From Macrostomum lignano (taxonomy: Eukaryota), in NCBI GenBank assembly GCA_002269645.1, contig NIVC01001011.1, positions 124,001-188,000 on the forward strand: a stretch of 64,000 nt of DNA. The letters run 5' to 3'. Position 1 is the first letter of the stretch, and each line of letters begins with the position of its first letter. The position numbers were made by a program, and so were the translations under genes. Under the pieces are notes generated by a model. It ran no database searches and was not told the origin of the DNA. It saw only the letters and a list, made by a program, of their open reading frames with translations. Shown one piece after another: positions 22,497 to 36,664 of the stretch.

Positions 22497-22917
22497 GACA
22501 ACGAAGGCAGGACACTGGGGTGACAAGGAAGGGGAAGACACTGGGGTGACAGGCAAGGGGAAGACATTGGGGTGACATGGAACGGGAAGACACTGGGGTG
22601 ACAAGGAAGGGGAAGACACTGGGGTGACAGGCAAGGGGAAGACACTGAGGTGACAAGGAAGGGGAAGACACTGGGGTGACAAGGAAGGGGAAGACACTGA
22701 GGTGACAAGGAAGGGGAAGACACTGGGGTGACAAGGAAGGGGAAGACACTGGGGTGACAAGGAAGGGGAAGACACTGGGGTGACAAGGAAGGGGAAGACA
22801 TTGGGGTGACAAGGAAGGGGAAGACACTGGGGTTACCTGGAAGGGGAAGACACTGGGGTTACCTGGAAAGGGAAGACACTGGGGTTACCTGGAAAGGGAA
22901 GACACTGGGTTGACAAG
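22497..22917. repeat. 26-bp minisatellite CACTGGGGTGACAAGGAAGGGGAAGA, ~16 copies
   Basis: Direct reading. The overlapping PQCLPLPCH ORFs are repeat artefacts. Confidence 0.97.
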
Positions 22918-24402
22918 ATGACAGCAAAGCATCATTGAAGAGAGAAACAGAATGTCTGAATCAAGTATTTAGAAGACTTAGCTGCATAGGGAACACAGAA
23001 AAAATGGAATAGCAGACTCCTGTCTGAATTCTGTAAAATTTGCTTTAATAATCGTACGTGCTAGCATACTGTTGTGCTACGAACTTGCAGGTGCTAAGCA
23101 AGCATCCGCTGCGAAGAAGATGGGGATACAGCAGTTAAAATTGAAATTTTCAGTCCATGCAGCACGTCACTAAACCGTATATAGCGAGTGAATTAAAACG
23201 TTCGTTCGCTAAGAAAAACTTCAGCCGCACACCCAAAAGCAAAATTCATAGCAGACAGCAGCTAAAGTAAGCTTGCTGCTGTCTGCTTGCGCAGTGCGCG
23301 CTACCCTTCCTTGCTAATAGGGTTCGGAAACTCGATCAGCTGCAGCGCGATGAATCAGCAAAGCCAAGAAGAGGATCCAAACGCTCTGCAACGTGTACGC
23401 TCTCGCTCGGAGATTCATATCCTTCTTAGCTAACGCGACCAACGCGAGCCGGGGCGCATATATTGCGATATCGACCTGCACACTTGAACTTCCTCCTCCA
23501 AGAAAACTTTGGTAGCTACATAGGACCGCCTTCTAGAAGGTGATACGCAGGAATCGGCATGACAAACTTTGGGGCTCTCTCTGCGGAGAGCGCAATATTT
23601 CGCCAGAATTATCGGGCAAGCGGAAGCAGATAAGCGGCATATCATGCATGCAGTCAGCTTTCTTCGACGTTCGTTATGCGCCAGAAACGCGAGATCTGTT
23701 TTTTCTCCCCTCTCTAGCCGGTCTGTAGTCTGGCTATTCCAGTCGGGAAGCGGTGGGAACCGAAAGTTAAAGGGGGTTCACCGGCTGGGAAGCTCTATTG
23801 GCGCGTCGGACATGGAGACAGACAGGCCGACAGTCAGACGGACAGCAAAAGAGAGATAGACGATAGAGTGAAATAGACGAAGAGAGAGGAAGAAATGAGG
23901 GTCGTTCGGTGTCTCCTTCTCGTCTACAATGCGCAAGCGGGGCCCTAGAAAGCATCAATCAATAATATACTTTCTGTTCCAACGGAGGAGGGCTTCGGGG
24001 GTGGGGCAAGGATAGGTGTGTGAAGACCCGGACGTAGACCCGCCACTGATTCCGCAGCAGAAACAACAGCAGCAACCATCAGTGAAGGAGCCAACCAACA
24101 GCCGCCAGATGGCGCTGCGACCTCTGCCGCACCCCCCGCCCTGTTCCACCCTTACCCTCTGGTTTCTCTCCCTTACTCTTCTACGCACTGCGGTTACAGC
24201 ACAGCTGTGCACAAGCTAGGGCAGAGAGACAGCTGCAGAGGATTGGGGTGCCAGCGGAAGAGGATGAGGGTAGCACCTGGCGTTGCCAGGGGCGGTGGCG
24301 CAGACCAGATATTCGACAATAAAGCTTGGCGGTTGAAGTCGGACAAAACGCTGCTGCGGCTTACTGAGGCGATAGCTCGACCGCAATTTGCAAGCATTTG
24401 CG

Positions 24403-25390
24403 ATGGACGCCGGAAATTTTTCCTGCGTGAACTGCAACAAGTCGCTCACCGGCCATCGGTACATACTGCGCGACGAGAAGCCGCACTGCATCCAGTGCTA
24501 TGAGCAGGTGTTTGCCAACTCGTGCGAACAGTGCAAGGAGAAGATCGGCTGCGACTCCAAGGTGAGAAGGAACAAAGAAGAATTTACTTTTTGAAGCATT
24601 AGAATTAGTTGACTTGATTGTTTCTTTATTCAGGACTTGTCGTACAAGGAGCGCCACTGGCACGAGCGCTGCTTCAAGTGCTCGGCCTGTAGCGCCAGCC
24701 TAGTGGACAAGCCCTTCGCCACTAAGGATGACGCTCTCTACTGCTCAAACTGCCACGACGAGAAGTTTGCCGCCCGATGCGACGGCTGCAGCAAGGTGTT
24801 TAGCGCCGGCATGCGCAAGTATGAGTACCACGGCAAGCAGTGGCACGAGGAGTGCTTCCTCTGCCGCGAGTGCCGCCAGCCGATCGGCAGTCGCTCGTTC
24901 ATCCCGCGCGACCAGGAAGTCTGCTGCGTGCCTTGCTACGAGGAGAAGTACGCGCAGAAGTGCCGCAAGTGCACCCAGGTGATCAAGCGCGGTGGAGTCA
25001 CGTACAAGGGCGAGCCCTATCACAAGGAGTGCCTGGTGTGCACCAACTGCAACACGCAGTTGGCCGGACTGAAGTTCACCAGCAAGGAGGACAAGCCCTA
25101 CTGCGCCGACTGCTACGGCCAGCTGTTCGCTAAGAAGTGCTGCCGCTGCAGCCAGGCTATTACCGGTAAGATTTCACTAAGGTTGTCATGGCTACCAAAC
25201 TAAAGATTGAAATTTCAAAAAATACTAGCAACCCCCGGTCGCAGGTTTCGGCGGCTGCAAGTTTATCTCGTTCGAGGAGCGGCACTGGCACTCGGACTGC
25301 TTCGTGTGCTACAAGTGCTCGGTGAACCTGGTCGGCAAGGGCTTCCTGACGGATGGCGACGACATTCTGTGCCCGGAGTGCGGCCGCTAG
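24403..25390 (+). CDS. FHL2: Four-and-a-half LIM domain protein (FHL2/Limpet/LIM-9-like), exons 24403-24561, 24634-25165, 25245-25390 (278 aa)
   Basis: Half LIM (FSCVNC...RYILRDEKPHCIQCYEQVFAN) plus four LIMs (DLSYKERHWH, WHEECF, YHKECL, HWHSDCF). GT-AG junctions in frame; 837 nt total. Confidence 0.93.
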
Positions 25391-26837
25391 GGCGGCCGAC
25401 CAGAGATAAAGATGATGAATAGCTGGAGCAAAAGCAGCTTTTATATCAGCTTTTTCGGCGGTTGCTTTTTACTTTAACTCATAACTGTCCTGCCTACCTG
25501 CCCGAGCTGTCACCAGAGACCGGCTGCCACAAGACCAACCCCTCCCTGTCCTGTTCAAATCTAGTCGTGAGCGAGAAGGATCAACATTGATCAAACGCGC
25601 GCTGTCTTAATGCTTAGTAATGCAGTGATGAATGGAACCGGACCCACTCGCTTAGCAATAAAATATAGCAATAATTGAAATTATAATTCTGAGTATAGTA
25701 GCTTACTGCTTATTCTATTATTAAAACTTCTGCTCGGTTAGCAACAGTATTCATAAAATCCTTCCAACAGAAGCTGCCCCATCGCCAATACTGTATGACA
25801 CAGCCCTAGTCATTTCTCTGCCTTAATAAAGCCCGCGCATTCAGCAAACACACAATAATTCTATGACGAATGCCGGCCCTATTTATCATTAATAAAGCTA
25901 TACTAAATTATAGCAATATTATATACTAACAGCAAGGTGGAAAATATAATATGGTCTAATTTTTTCCTTCATTTTGCTACAGTGCAGCTTATGGATTGGG
26001 TACAGCTACCTGCTTATACACAGGGCCGGGATAGCTTCGAAAAAATGACTTTCATTTTCAGGTCGCACACCGACCTAAGCCAGAACTGACTGAGGGCAGC
26101 AGCTGGTGGCATTCGGTCAAACGCTGGGACAGGACAGACGCTATAGCTATGTAGCCTTGCGCAGAATAACACGAAGATAGACGCTTCGGCTTTACATAAT
26201 CAAAGCGAAGAGACTCGCTCGCGCTTATGCTTTAGGGATAAAATGGCACGACTTTATAGGGCCGAACAGAGAGGTAGAAAGTTTCTTTTAAGTGCGGTGC
26301 ATACATAAAGCATGAAATATGCATGCGGCAATATATTAGAGTCTGGCACTGTGACCTGGCACCAAGATTTTCAAGAATTTGGCAAGCAGCAACTGCACTA
26401 TACAAAAAGCATATGGAGCCTACCGTGACAAGAGGTGAAAAAAGCAGACGCTAATCGATTCTAAATGGGTTGTAACAAACTTTTTGAGCGTTCTCCACAA
26501 CTTGCCTAAGAGAAATTTCTATAATGCTGCATGGGGGTATATAAGAGTAACCAATGTCCGCTATCGCTCAACGATGACCTAAGATGACTTCCCAGCATGA
26601 TCAACGTCTCATCATTAATTTGTGAATCTATAATTTTCTGCTTCAAGCTGGGAGACACAGCAGCTGAGGAGCATCACAAGCTGAGCCAGACATCTGGCGA
26701 GACATACTTCGTACGAATCTAAGGAAAAGGCGTTCGGGTCGCCCTCCTGAGCTTGATCTTCAGCAGCTCGTTTGAGTTGGTTTGGAGTGATGCTTGTGTT
26801 GGTTTGGGGGCGATGCTTGTGCTGTTTTGGGGGCGAT

Positions 26838-29800
26838 GAGGGAGATTCCTAAGGATGAATGGGGGAGAATCCTAAGAGGCAATAGGGAAGATTCCTAAGG
26901 ATGAATGGGGGAGAATCCTAAGAGGCAATAGGAAAGATTCCTAAGGATGAATGGGGTAGAATCCTAAGAGGCAAAAGGAAAGATTCCTAAGGATGAATGG
27001 GGTAGAATCCTAAGAGGCAATAGGGAAGATTCCTAAGGATGAATGGGGTAGAATCCTAAGAGGCAATAGGGAAGATTCCTAAGGATGAATGGGGTAGAAT
27101 CCTAAGAGGCAATAGGGAAGATTCCTAAGGATGAATGGGGTAGAATCCTAAGAGGCAATAGGGAAGATTCCTAAGGATGAATGGGGTAGAATCCTAAGAG
27201 GCAATAGGGAAGATTCCTAAGGATGAATGGGGTAGAATCCTAAGAGGCAATAGGGAAGATTCCTAAGGATGAATGGGGTAGAATCCTAAGAGGCAATAGG
27301 GAAGATTCCTAAGGATGAATGGGGTAGAATCCTAAGAGGCAATAGGGAAGATTCCTAAGGATGAATGGGGTAGAATCTTAAGAGGCAATAGGGAAGATTC
27401 CTAAGGATGAATGGGGGAGAATCCTAAGAGGCAATAGGGAAGATTCCTAAGGATGAATGGGGTAGAATCCTAAGAGGCAATAGGGAAGATTCCTAAGGAT
27501 GAATGGGGTAGAATCCTAAGAGGCAATAGGGAAGATTCCTAAGGATGAATGGGGGAGAATCCTAAGAGGCAATAGGGAAGATTCCTAAGGATGAATGGGG
27601 TAGAATCCTAAGAGGCAATAGGGAAGATTCCTAAGGATGAATGGGGTAGAATCTTAAGAGGCAATAGGAAAGATTCCTAAGGATGAATGGGGGAGAATCC
27701 TAAGAGGCAATAGGGAAGATTCCTAAGGATGAATGGGGTAGAATCCTAAGAGGCAATAGGGAAGATTCCTAAGGATGAATGGGGGAGAATCCTAAGAGGC
27801 AATAGGGAAGATTCCTAAGGATGAATGGGGGAGAATCCTAAGAGGCAATAGGGAAGATTCCTAAGGATGAATGGGGTAGAATCCTAAGAGGCAATAGGGA
27901 AGATTCCTAAGGATGAATGGGGGAGAATCCTAAGAGGCAATAGGGAAGATTCCTAAGGATGAATGGGGTAGAATCTTAAGAGGCAATAGGAAAGATTCCT
28001 AAGGATGAATGGGGTAGAATCCTAAGAGGCAATAGGGAAGATTCCTAAGGATGAATGGGGTAGAATCCTAAGAGGCAATAGGGAAGATTCCTAAGGATGA
28101 ATGGGGTAGAATCCTAAGAGGCAATAGGGAAGATTCCTAAGGATGAATGGGGGAGAATCCTAAGAGGCAATAGGGAAGATTCCTAAAGATGAATGGGGGA
28201 GAATCCTAAGAGGCAATAGGGAAGATTCCTAAGGATGAATGGGGGAGAATCCTAAGAGGCAATAGGGAAGATTCCTAAGGATGAATGGGGTAGAATCTTA
28301 AGAGGCAATAGGGAAGATTCCTAAGGATGAATGGGGTAGAATCTTAAGAGGCAATAGGGAAGATTCCTAAGGATGAATGGGGGAGAATCCTAAGAGGCAA
28401 TAGGGAAGATTCCTAAGGATGAATGGGGTAGAATCCTAAGAGGCAATAGGGAAGATTCCTAAGGATGAATGGGGTAGAATCCTAAGAGGCAATAGGGAAG
28501 ATTCCTAAGGATGAATGGGGTAGAATCCTAAGAGGCAATAGGGAAGATTCCTAAGGATGAATGGGGAGAATCCTAAGAGGCAATAGGGAAGATTCCTAAG
28601 GATGAATGGGGTAGAATCTTAAGAGGCAATAGGGAAGATTCCTAAGGATGAATGGGGAGAATCCTAAGAGGCAATAGGGAAGATTCCTAAGGATGAATGG
28701 GGTAGAATCCTAAGAGGCAATAGGGAAGATTCCTAAGGATGAATGGGGGAGAATCTTAAGAGGCAATAGGAAAGATTCCTAAGGATGAATGGGGGAGAAT
28801 CCTAAGAGGCAATAGGAAAGATTCCTAAGGATGAATGGGGGAGAATCCTAAGAGGCAATAGGGAAGATTCCTAAGGATGAATGGGGAGAATCCTAAGAGG
28901 CAATAGGGAAGATTCCTAAGGATGAATGGGGTAGAATCTTAAGAGGCAATAGGAAAGATTCCTAAGGATGAATGGGGTAGAATCCTAAGAGGCAATAGGG
29001 AAGATTCCTAAGGATGAATGGGGTAGAATCCTAAGAGGCAATAGGGAAGATTCCTAAGGATGAATGGGGTAGAATCCTAAGAGGCAATAGGGAAGATTCC
29101 TAAGGATGAATGGGGGAATCCTAAGAGGCAATAGGGAAGATTCCTAAGATGAATGGGGAGAATCCTAAGAGGCAATAGGGAAGATTCCTAAGGATGAATG
29201 GGGTAGAATCTAAGAGGCAATAGGGAAGATTCCTAAGGATGAATGGGGAGAATCCTAAGAGGCAATAGGGAAGATTCCTAAGGATGAATGGGGTAGAATC
29301 CTAAGAGGCAATAGGGAAGATTCCTAAGGATGAATGGGGTAGAATCCTAAGAGGCAATAGGGAAGATTCCTAAGGATGAATGGGGTAGAATCCTAAGAGG
29401 CAATAGGGAAGATTCCTAAGGATGAATGGGGTAGAATCCTAAGAGGCAATAGGGAAGATTCCTAAGGATGAATGGGGTAGAATCCTAAGAGGCAATAGGG
29501 AAGATTCCTAAGGATGAATGGGGAGAATCCTAAGAGGCAATAGGGAAGATTCCTAAGGATGAATGGGGTAGAATCCTAAGAGGCAATAGGGAAGATTCCT
29601 AAGGATGAATAGGGGAGAATCCTAAGAGGCAATAGGGAAGATTTCTAAGGATGAATGGGGTAGAATCTTAAGAGGCAATAGGAAAGATTCCTAAGGATGA
29701 ATGGGGTAGAATCCTAAGAGGCAATAGGGAAGATTCCTAAGGATGAATGGGGTAGAATCCTAAGAGGCAATAGGGAAGATTCCTAAGGATGAATGGGGTA

Positions 29801-32800
29801 GAATCCTAAGAGGCAATAGGGAAGATTCCTAAGGATGAATGGGGGAGAATCCTAAGAGGCAATAGGGAAGATTCCTAAGATGAATGGGGAGAATCCTAAG
29901 AGGCAATAGGGAAGATTCCTAAGGATGAATGGGGTAGAATCCTAAGAGGCAATAGGGAAGATTCCTAAGGATGAATGGGGTAGAATCCTAAGAGGCAATA
30001 GGGAAGATTCCTAAGGATGAATGGGGTAGAATCCTAAGAGGCAATAGGGAAGATTCCTAAGGATGAATGGGGGAGAATCCTAAGAGGCAATAGGGAAGAT
30101 TCCTAAGGATGAATGGGGTAGAATCCTAAGAGGCAATAGGAAGATTCCTAAGGATGAATGGGGAGAATCCTAAGAGGCAATAGGGAAGATTCCTAAGGAT
30201 GAATGGGGTAGAATCCTAAGAGGCAATAGGGAAGATTCCTAAGGATGAATGGGGGAGAATCCTAAGAGGCAATAGGGAAGATTCCTAAGGATGAATGGGG
30301 GAGAATCCTAAGAGGCAATAGGGAAGATTCCTAAGGATGAATGGGGTAGAATCTAAGAGGCAATAGGAAGATTCCTAAGGATGAATGGGGGAGAATCCTA
30401 AGAGGCAATAGGAAGATTCCTAAGGATGAATGGGGGAGAATCCTAAGAGGCAATAGGGAAGATTCCTAAGGATGAATGGGGTAGAATCTAAGAGGCAATA
30501 GGGAAAGATTCCTAAGGATGAATGGGGGAGAATCCTAAGAGGCAATAGGGAAGATTCCTAAGGATGAATGGGGTAGAATCTAAGAGGCAATAGGGAAGAT
30601 TCCTAAGGATGAATGGGGGAGAATCCTAAGAGGCAATAGGGAAGATTCCTAAGGATGAATGGGGTAGAATCCTAAGAGGCAATAGGGAAGATTCCTAAGG
30701 ATGAATGGGGGAGAATCTAAGAGGCAATAGGAAAGATTCCTAAGGATGAATGGGGAGAATCCTAAGAGGCAATAGGAAGATTCCTAAGGATGAATGGGGA
30801 GAATCCTAAGAGGCAATAGGGAAGATTCCTAAGGATGAATGGGGAGAATCCTAAGAGGCAATAGGGAAGATTCCTAAGGATGAATGGGGTAGAATCTAAG
30901 AGGCAATAGGAAGATTCCTAAGGATGAATGGGGTAGAATCCTAAGAGGCAATAGGGAAGATTCCTAAGGATGAATGGGGTAGAATCCTAAGAGGCAATAG
31001 GGAAGATTCCTAAGGATGAATGGGGTAGAATCCTAAGAGGCAATAGGGAAGATTCCTAAGGATGAATGGGGTAGAATCCTAAGAGGCAATAGGGAAGATT
31101 CCTAAGGATGAATGGGGTAGAATCCTAAGAGGCAATAGGGAAGATTCCTAAGGATGAATGGGGTAGAATCCTAAGAGGCAATAGGGAAGATTCCTAAGGA
31201 TGAATGGGGTAGAATCCTAAGAGGCAATAGGGAAGATTCCTAAGGATGAATGGGGTAGAATCCTAAGAGGCAATAGGGAAGATTCCTAAGGATGAATGGG
31301 GTAGAATCCTAAGAGGCAATAGGGAAGATTCCTAAGGATGAATGGGGAGAATCCTAAGAGGCAATAGGGAAGATTCCTAAGGATGAATGGGGTAGAATCC
31401 TAAGAGGCAATAGGGAAGATTCCTAAGGATGAATGGGGTAGAATCCTAAGAGGCAATAGGGAAGATTCCTAAGGATGAATGGGGTAGAATCCTAAGAGGC
31501 AATAGGGAAGATTCCTAAGGATGAATGGGGTAGAATCCTAAGAGGCAATAGGGAAGATTCCTAAGGATGAATGGGGGAGAATCCTAAGAGGCAATAGGGA
31601 AGATTCCTAAGGATGAATGGGGTAGAATCCTAAGAGGCAATAGGGAAGATTCCTAAGGATGAATGGGGTAGAATCCTAAGAGGCAATAGGGAAGATTCCT
31701 AAGGATGAATGGGGTAGAATCCTAAGAGGCAATAGGGAAGATTCCTAAGGATGAATGGGGTAGAATCCTAAGAGGCAATAGGGAAGATTCCTAAGGATGA
31801 ATGGGGTAGAATCCTAAGAGGCAATAGGGAAGATTCCTAAGGATGAATGGGGTAGAATCCTAAGAGGCAATAGGGAAGATTCCTAAGGATGAATGGGGTA
31901 GAATCCTAAGAGGCAATAGGGAAGATTCCTAAGGATGAATGGGGTAGAATCCTAAGAGGCAATAGGGAAGATTCCTAAGGATGAATGGGGTAGAATCCTA
32001 AGAGGCAATAGGGAAGATTCCTAAGGATGAATGGGGTAGAATCCTAAGAGGCAATAGGGAAGATTCCTAAGGATGAATGGGGTAGAATCCTAAGAGGCAA
32101 TAGGGAAGATTCCTAAGGATGAATGGGGTAGAATCCTAAGAGGCAATAGGGAAGATTCCTAAGGATGAATGGGGTAGAATCCTAAGAGGCAATAGGGAAG
32201 ATTCCTAAGGATGAATGGGGTAGAATCCTAAGAGGCAATAGGGAAGATTCCTAAGGATGAATGGGGAGAATCCTAAGAGGCAATAGGGAAGATTCCTAAG
32301 GATGAATGGGGTAGAATCCTAAGAGGCAATAGGGAAGATTCCTAAGGATGAATGGGGTAGAATCCTAAGAGGCAATAGGGAAGATTCCTAAGGATGAATG
32401 GGGTAGAATCCTAAGAGGCAATAGGGAAGATTCCTAAGGATGAATGGGGTAGAATCCTAAGAGGCAATAGGGAAGATTCCTAAGGATGAATGGGGGAGAA
32501 TCCTAAGAGGCAATAGGGAAGATTCCTAAGGATGAATGGGGTAGAATCCTAAGAGGCAATAGGGAAGATTCCTAAGGATGAATGGGGTAGAATCCTAAGA
32601 GGCAATAGGGAAGATTCCTAAGGATGAATGGGGTAGAATCCTAAGAGGCAATAGGGAAGATTCCTAAGGATGAATGGGGTAGAATCCTAAGAGGCAATAG
32701 GGAAGATTCCTAAGGATGAATGGGGTAGAATCCTAAGAGGCAATAGGGAAGATTCCTAAGGATGAATGGGGTAGAATCCTAAGAGGCAATAGGGAAGATT

Positions 32801-35007
32801 CCTAAGGATGAATGGGGTAGAATCCTAAGAGGCAATAGGGAAGATTCCTAAGGATGAATGGGGTAGAATCCTAAGAGGCAATAGGGAAGATTCCTAAGGA
32901 TGAATGGGGGAGAATCCTAAGAGGCAATAGGGAAGATTCCTAAGGATGAATGGGGTAGAATCCTAAGAGGCAATAGGGAAGATTCCTAAGGATGAATGGG
33001 GTAGAATCCTAAGAGGCAATAGGGAAGATTCCTAAGGATGAATGGGGTAGAATCCTAAGAGGCAATAGGGAAGATTCCTAAGGATGAATGGGGGAGAATC
33101 CTAAGAGGCAATAGGGAAGATTCCTAAGGATGAATGGGGTAGAATCCTAAGAGGCAATAGGGAAGATTCCTAAGGATGAATGGGGTAGAATCCTAAGAGG
33201 CAATAGGGAAGATTCCTAAGGATGAATGGGGTAGAATCCTAAGAGGCAATAGGGAAGATTCCTAAGGATGAATGGGGTAGAATCCTAAGAGGCAATAGGG
33301 AAGATTCCTAAGGATGAATGGGGTAGAATCCTAAGAGGCAATAGGGAAGATTCCTAAGGATGAATGGGGTAGAATCCTAAGAGGCAATAGGAAGATTCCT
33401 AAGGATGAATGGGGTAGAATCTTAAGAGGCAATAGGGAAGATTCCTAAGGATGAATGGGGTAGAATCTAAGAGGCAATAGGGAAGATTCCTAAGGATGAA
33501 TGGGGTAGAATCTAAGAGGCAATAGGGAAGATTCCTAAGGATGAATGGGGTAGAATCTTAAGAGGCAATAGGAAGATTCCTAAGGATGAATGGGGTAGAA
33601 TCCTAAGAGGCAATAGGAAAGATTCCTAAGGATGAATGGGGGAGAATCCTAAGAGGCAATAGGAAAGATTCCTAAGGATGAATGGGGGAGAATCCTAAGA
33701 GGCAATAGGGAAGATTCCTAAGGATGAATGGGGGAGAATCCTAAGAGGCAATAGGGAAGATTCCTAAGGATGAATGGGGTAGAATCCTAAGAGGCAATAG
33801 GGAAGATTCCTAAGGATGAATGGGGTAGAATCCTAAGAGGCAATAGGGAAGATTCCTAAGGATGAATGGGGTAGAATCCTAAGAGGCAATAGGGAAGATT
33901 CCTAAGGATGAATGGGGTAGAATCCTAAGAGGCAATAGGGAAGATTCCTAAGGATGAATGGGGTAGAATCCTAAGAGGCAATAGGGAAGATTCCTAAGGA
34001 TGAATGGGGGAGAATCCTAAGAGGCAATAGGGAAGATTCCTAAGGATGAATGGGGTAGAATCCTAAGAGGCAATAGGGAAGATTCCTAAGGATGAATGGG
34101 GTAGAATCCTAAGAGGCAATAGGAAGATTCCTAAGGATGAATGGGGGAGAATCCTAAGAGGCAATAGGAAAGATTCCTAAGGATGAATGGGGGAGAATCC
34201 TAAGAGGCAATAGGGAAGATTCCTAAGGATGAATGGGGTAGAATCCTAAGAGGCAATAGGGAAGATTCCTAAGGATGAATGGGGTAGAATCCTAAGAGGC
34301 AATAGGGAAGATTCCTAAGGATGAATGGGGTAGAATCCTAAGAGGCAATAGGGAAGATTCCTAAGGATGAATGGGGTAGAATCCTAAGAGGCAATAGGGA
34401 AGATTCCTAAGGATGAATGGGGGAGAATCCTAAGAGGCAATAGGGAAGATTCCTAAGGATGAATGGGGGAGAATCCTAAGAGGCAATAGGGAAGATTCCT
34501 AAGGATGAATGGGGTAGAATCCTAAGAGGCAATAGGGAAGATTCCTAAGGATGAATGGGGTAGAATCCTAAGAGGCAATAGGGAAGATTCCTAAGGATGA
34601 ATGGGGTAGAATCCTAAGAGGCAATAGGGAAGATTCCTAAGGATGAATGGGGAGAATCCTAAGAGGCAATAGGGAAGACTCCTAAGGATGAATGGGGGAG
34701 AATCCTAAGAGGCAATAGGAAGATTCCTAAGGATGAATGGGGTAGAATCCTAAGAGGCAATAGGGAAGATTCCTAAGGATGAATGGGGTAGAATCCTAAG
34801 AGGCAATAGGGAAGATTCCTAAGGATGAATGGGGTAGAATCCTAAGAGGCAATAGGGAAGATTCCTAAGGATGAATGGGGTAGAATCCTAAGAGGCAATA
34901 GGGAAGATTCCTAAGGATGAATGGGGGAGAATCCTAAGAGGCAATAGGGAAGATTCCTAAGGATGAATGGGGGAGAATCCTAAGAGGCAATAGGGAAGAT
35001 TCCTAAG
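26838..35007. repeat. 46-bp satellite GAATCCTAAGAGGCAATAGGGAA-GATTCCTAAGGATGAATGGGGTA (dimer of 23-bp subunits), ~8.2 kb, ~177 copies
   Basis: Period measured (27005 to 27051). The two subunits match at 16/23 positions. Confidence 0.99.
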
Positions 35008-35740
35008 AGGGATTGGGAGCTCGGGGATAAAAATGGCATCGGATTAGGTTCTTAAGAGAGCCAAAATAAAGTTATAACAGAGGATGTAACGGAGGTTAAG
35101 GGCACCCTGAAAAAATGAGATAGAAAAATCCTACAGAATAAAGTAGTGAGAGTCATTTAAATTGACGAAGATTTAAAACAAAAAAATAAAATACAATGTC
35201 TGTTCAATTTTAACGCACCATTCAAAACAGCAGACAGAATTGGTTTAAACAATGTGTTCTTTTTATTAAATTGTGTATATTTGGCAGGCACAAGCAGAAA
35301 CAGTAGGTACCAAGACTTACGAGTACTGCATCTTGGAGGGACATTGAATAACGAACGGTTATTTCTTACACGGGACAAGTTGTTTTAAGTAAACCTGTTT
35401 TTTAAAGTTAATGTACTGACCAAACTTGTCGCATTAGAAGCACAAACAGAGCAATGTTTATATCTCGTAGACAGAACACGCTGAGAATTTGTGGGAGTTG
35501 AGAGAAAATGACACGTGTCTACAATCAATCAATCAATACTTGCAGCAAAAATAAGAACCCAACCAGAAATGACAGAAGCAGTCACAGTAGGCATTAATTC
35601 AAGAGAGCAAAAATGAATAGCAACTTACGTTAAACATTATTGAATATAAAACTTGTTCTTGCTTCAAACAAACCAAAGTGATAATTTTGAATCATTTTGA
35701 CAAAATGACATGAGTGGAATCGATGATATGGATGACAAGC

Positions 35741-36334
35741 CTGAAGGACCTGAAGGGGGCGGCGGTACTGAAGACAGTCCAACTGAAGGACCTGAAGGGA
35801 GGGCGGCGGTATTGAAGACAGTCCAACTGAAGGACCTGAAGGGAGGGCGGTGGTACTGAAGACAGTCCAACTGAAGGACCTGAAGGGAGGGCGGCGGTAC
35901 TGAAGACAGTCCAATTGAAGGACCTGAAGGGAGGGCGGCGGTACTGAAGACAGTCCAACTGAAGGACCTGAAGGGAGGGCGGTGGTACTGAAGACAGTCC
36001 AACTGAAGGACCTGAAGGGAGGGCGGCGGTACTGAAGACAGTCCAACTGAAGGACCTGAAGGGAGGGCGGCAGTACTGAAGGCAGTCCAATTGAAGGACC
36101 TGAAGGGAGGGCGGTGGTACTGAAGACAGTCCAACTGAAGGACCTGAAGGGAGGGCGGCGGTACTGAAGACAGTCCAATTGAAGGACCTGAAGGGAGGGC
36201 GGCGGTACTGAAGACAGTCCAATTGAAGGACCTGAAGGGAGGGCGGCGGTACTGAAGACAGTCCAACTGAAGGACCTGAAGGGAGGGCGGCGGTACTGAA
36301 GACAGTCCAATTGAAGGACCTGAAGGGAGGGCGG
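35741..36334. repeat. 44-bp minisatellite GAAGGACCTGAAGGGAGGGCGGCGGTACTGAAGACAGTCCAACT, ~13 copies
   Basis: Period measured (35821 to 35865). Confidence 0.97.
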
Positions 36335-36664
36335 TGTCGAGAACTCGTTTGAGAATCTGAAGGAATGGCGGAAGAGCTTACAGAAGGGTTAAACAACGGA
36401 TTACCACTTCAACAAAGTCAGCAAAACTAATATTGATAATAGCGACTATTGTTTCCAATACAGGTCGAAAAAGACAATTCACTTCACACTAAATATTTTG
36501 TCAGAAGCAAATTTGATGTACTTTTAAAGTACTCAAATTTAATTATCGAGACAAAAAAGCACTAAGCTTACTCAAGAGACAAGCTGCCCAACAGAAATAA
36601 CTAATTTTATCTTTGTCAGGATGAATCAACTAGTGAAGTCCATCAGGAGCTTTCACACCTGGAT

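Noticed and set aside
22304-22827. Pro/Cys-rich repeat ORFs
   Set aside because: Artefacts of the 26-bp minisatellite.
26700-26775. Possible terminal exon LLKIKLRRATRTPFP* on the - strand, and a possible micro-exon at 35321-35331
   Set aside because: Could not be linked into a coherent gene; no homology support.
35630-36396. 200-234-aa repeat ORFs
   Set aside because: Translations of the 44-bp minisatellite.
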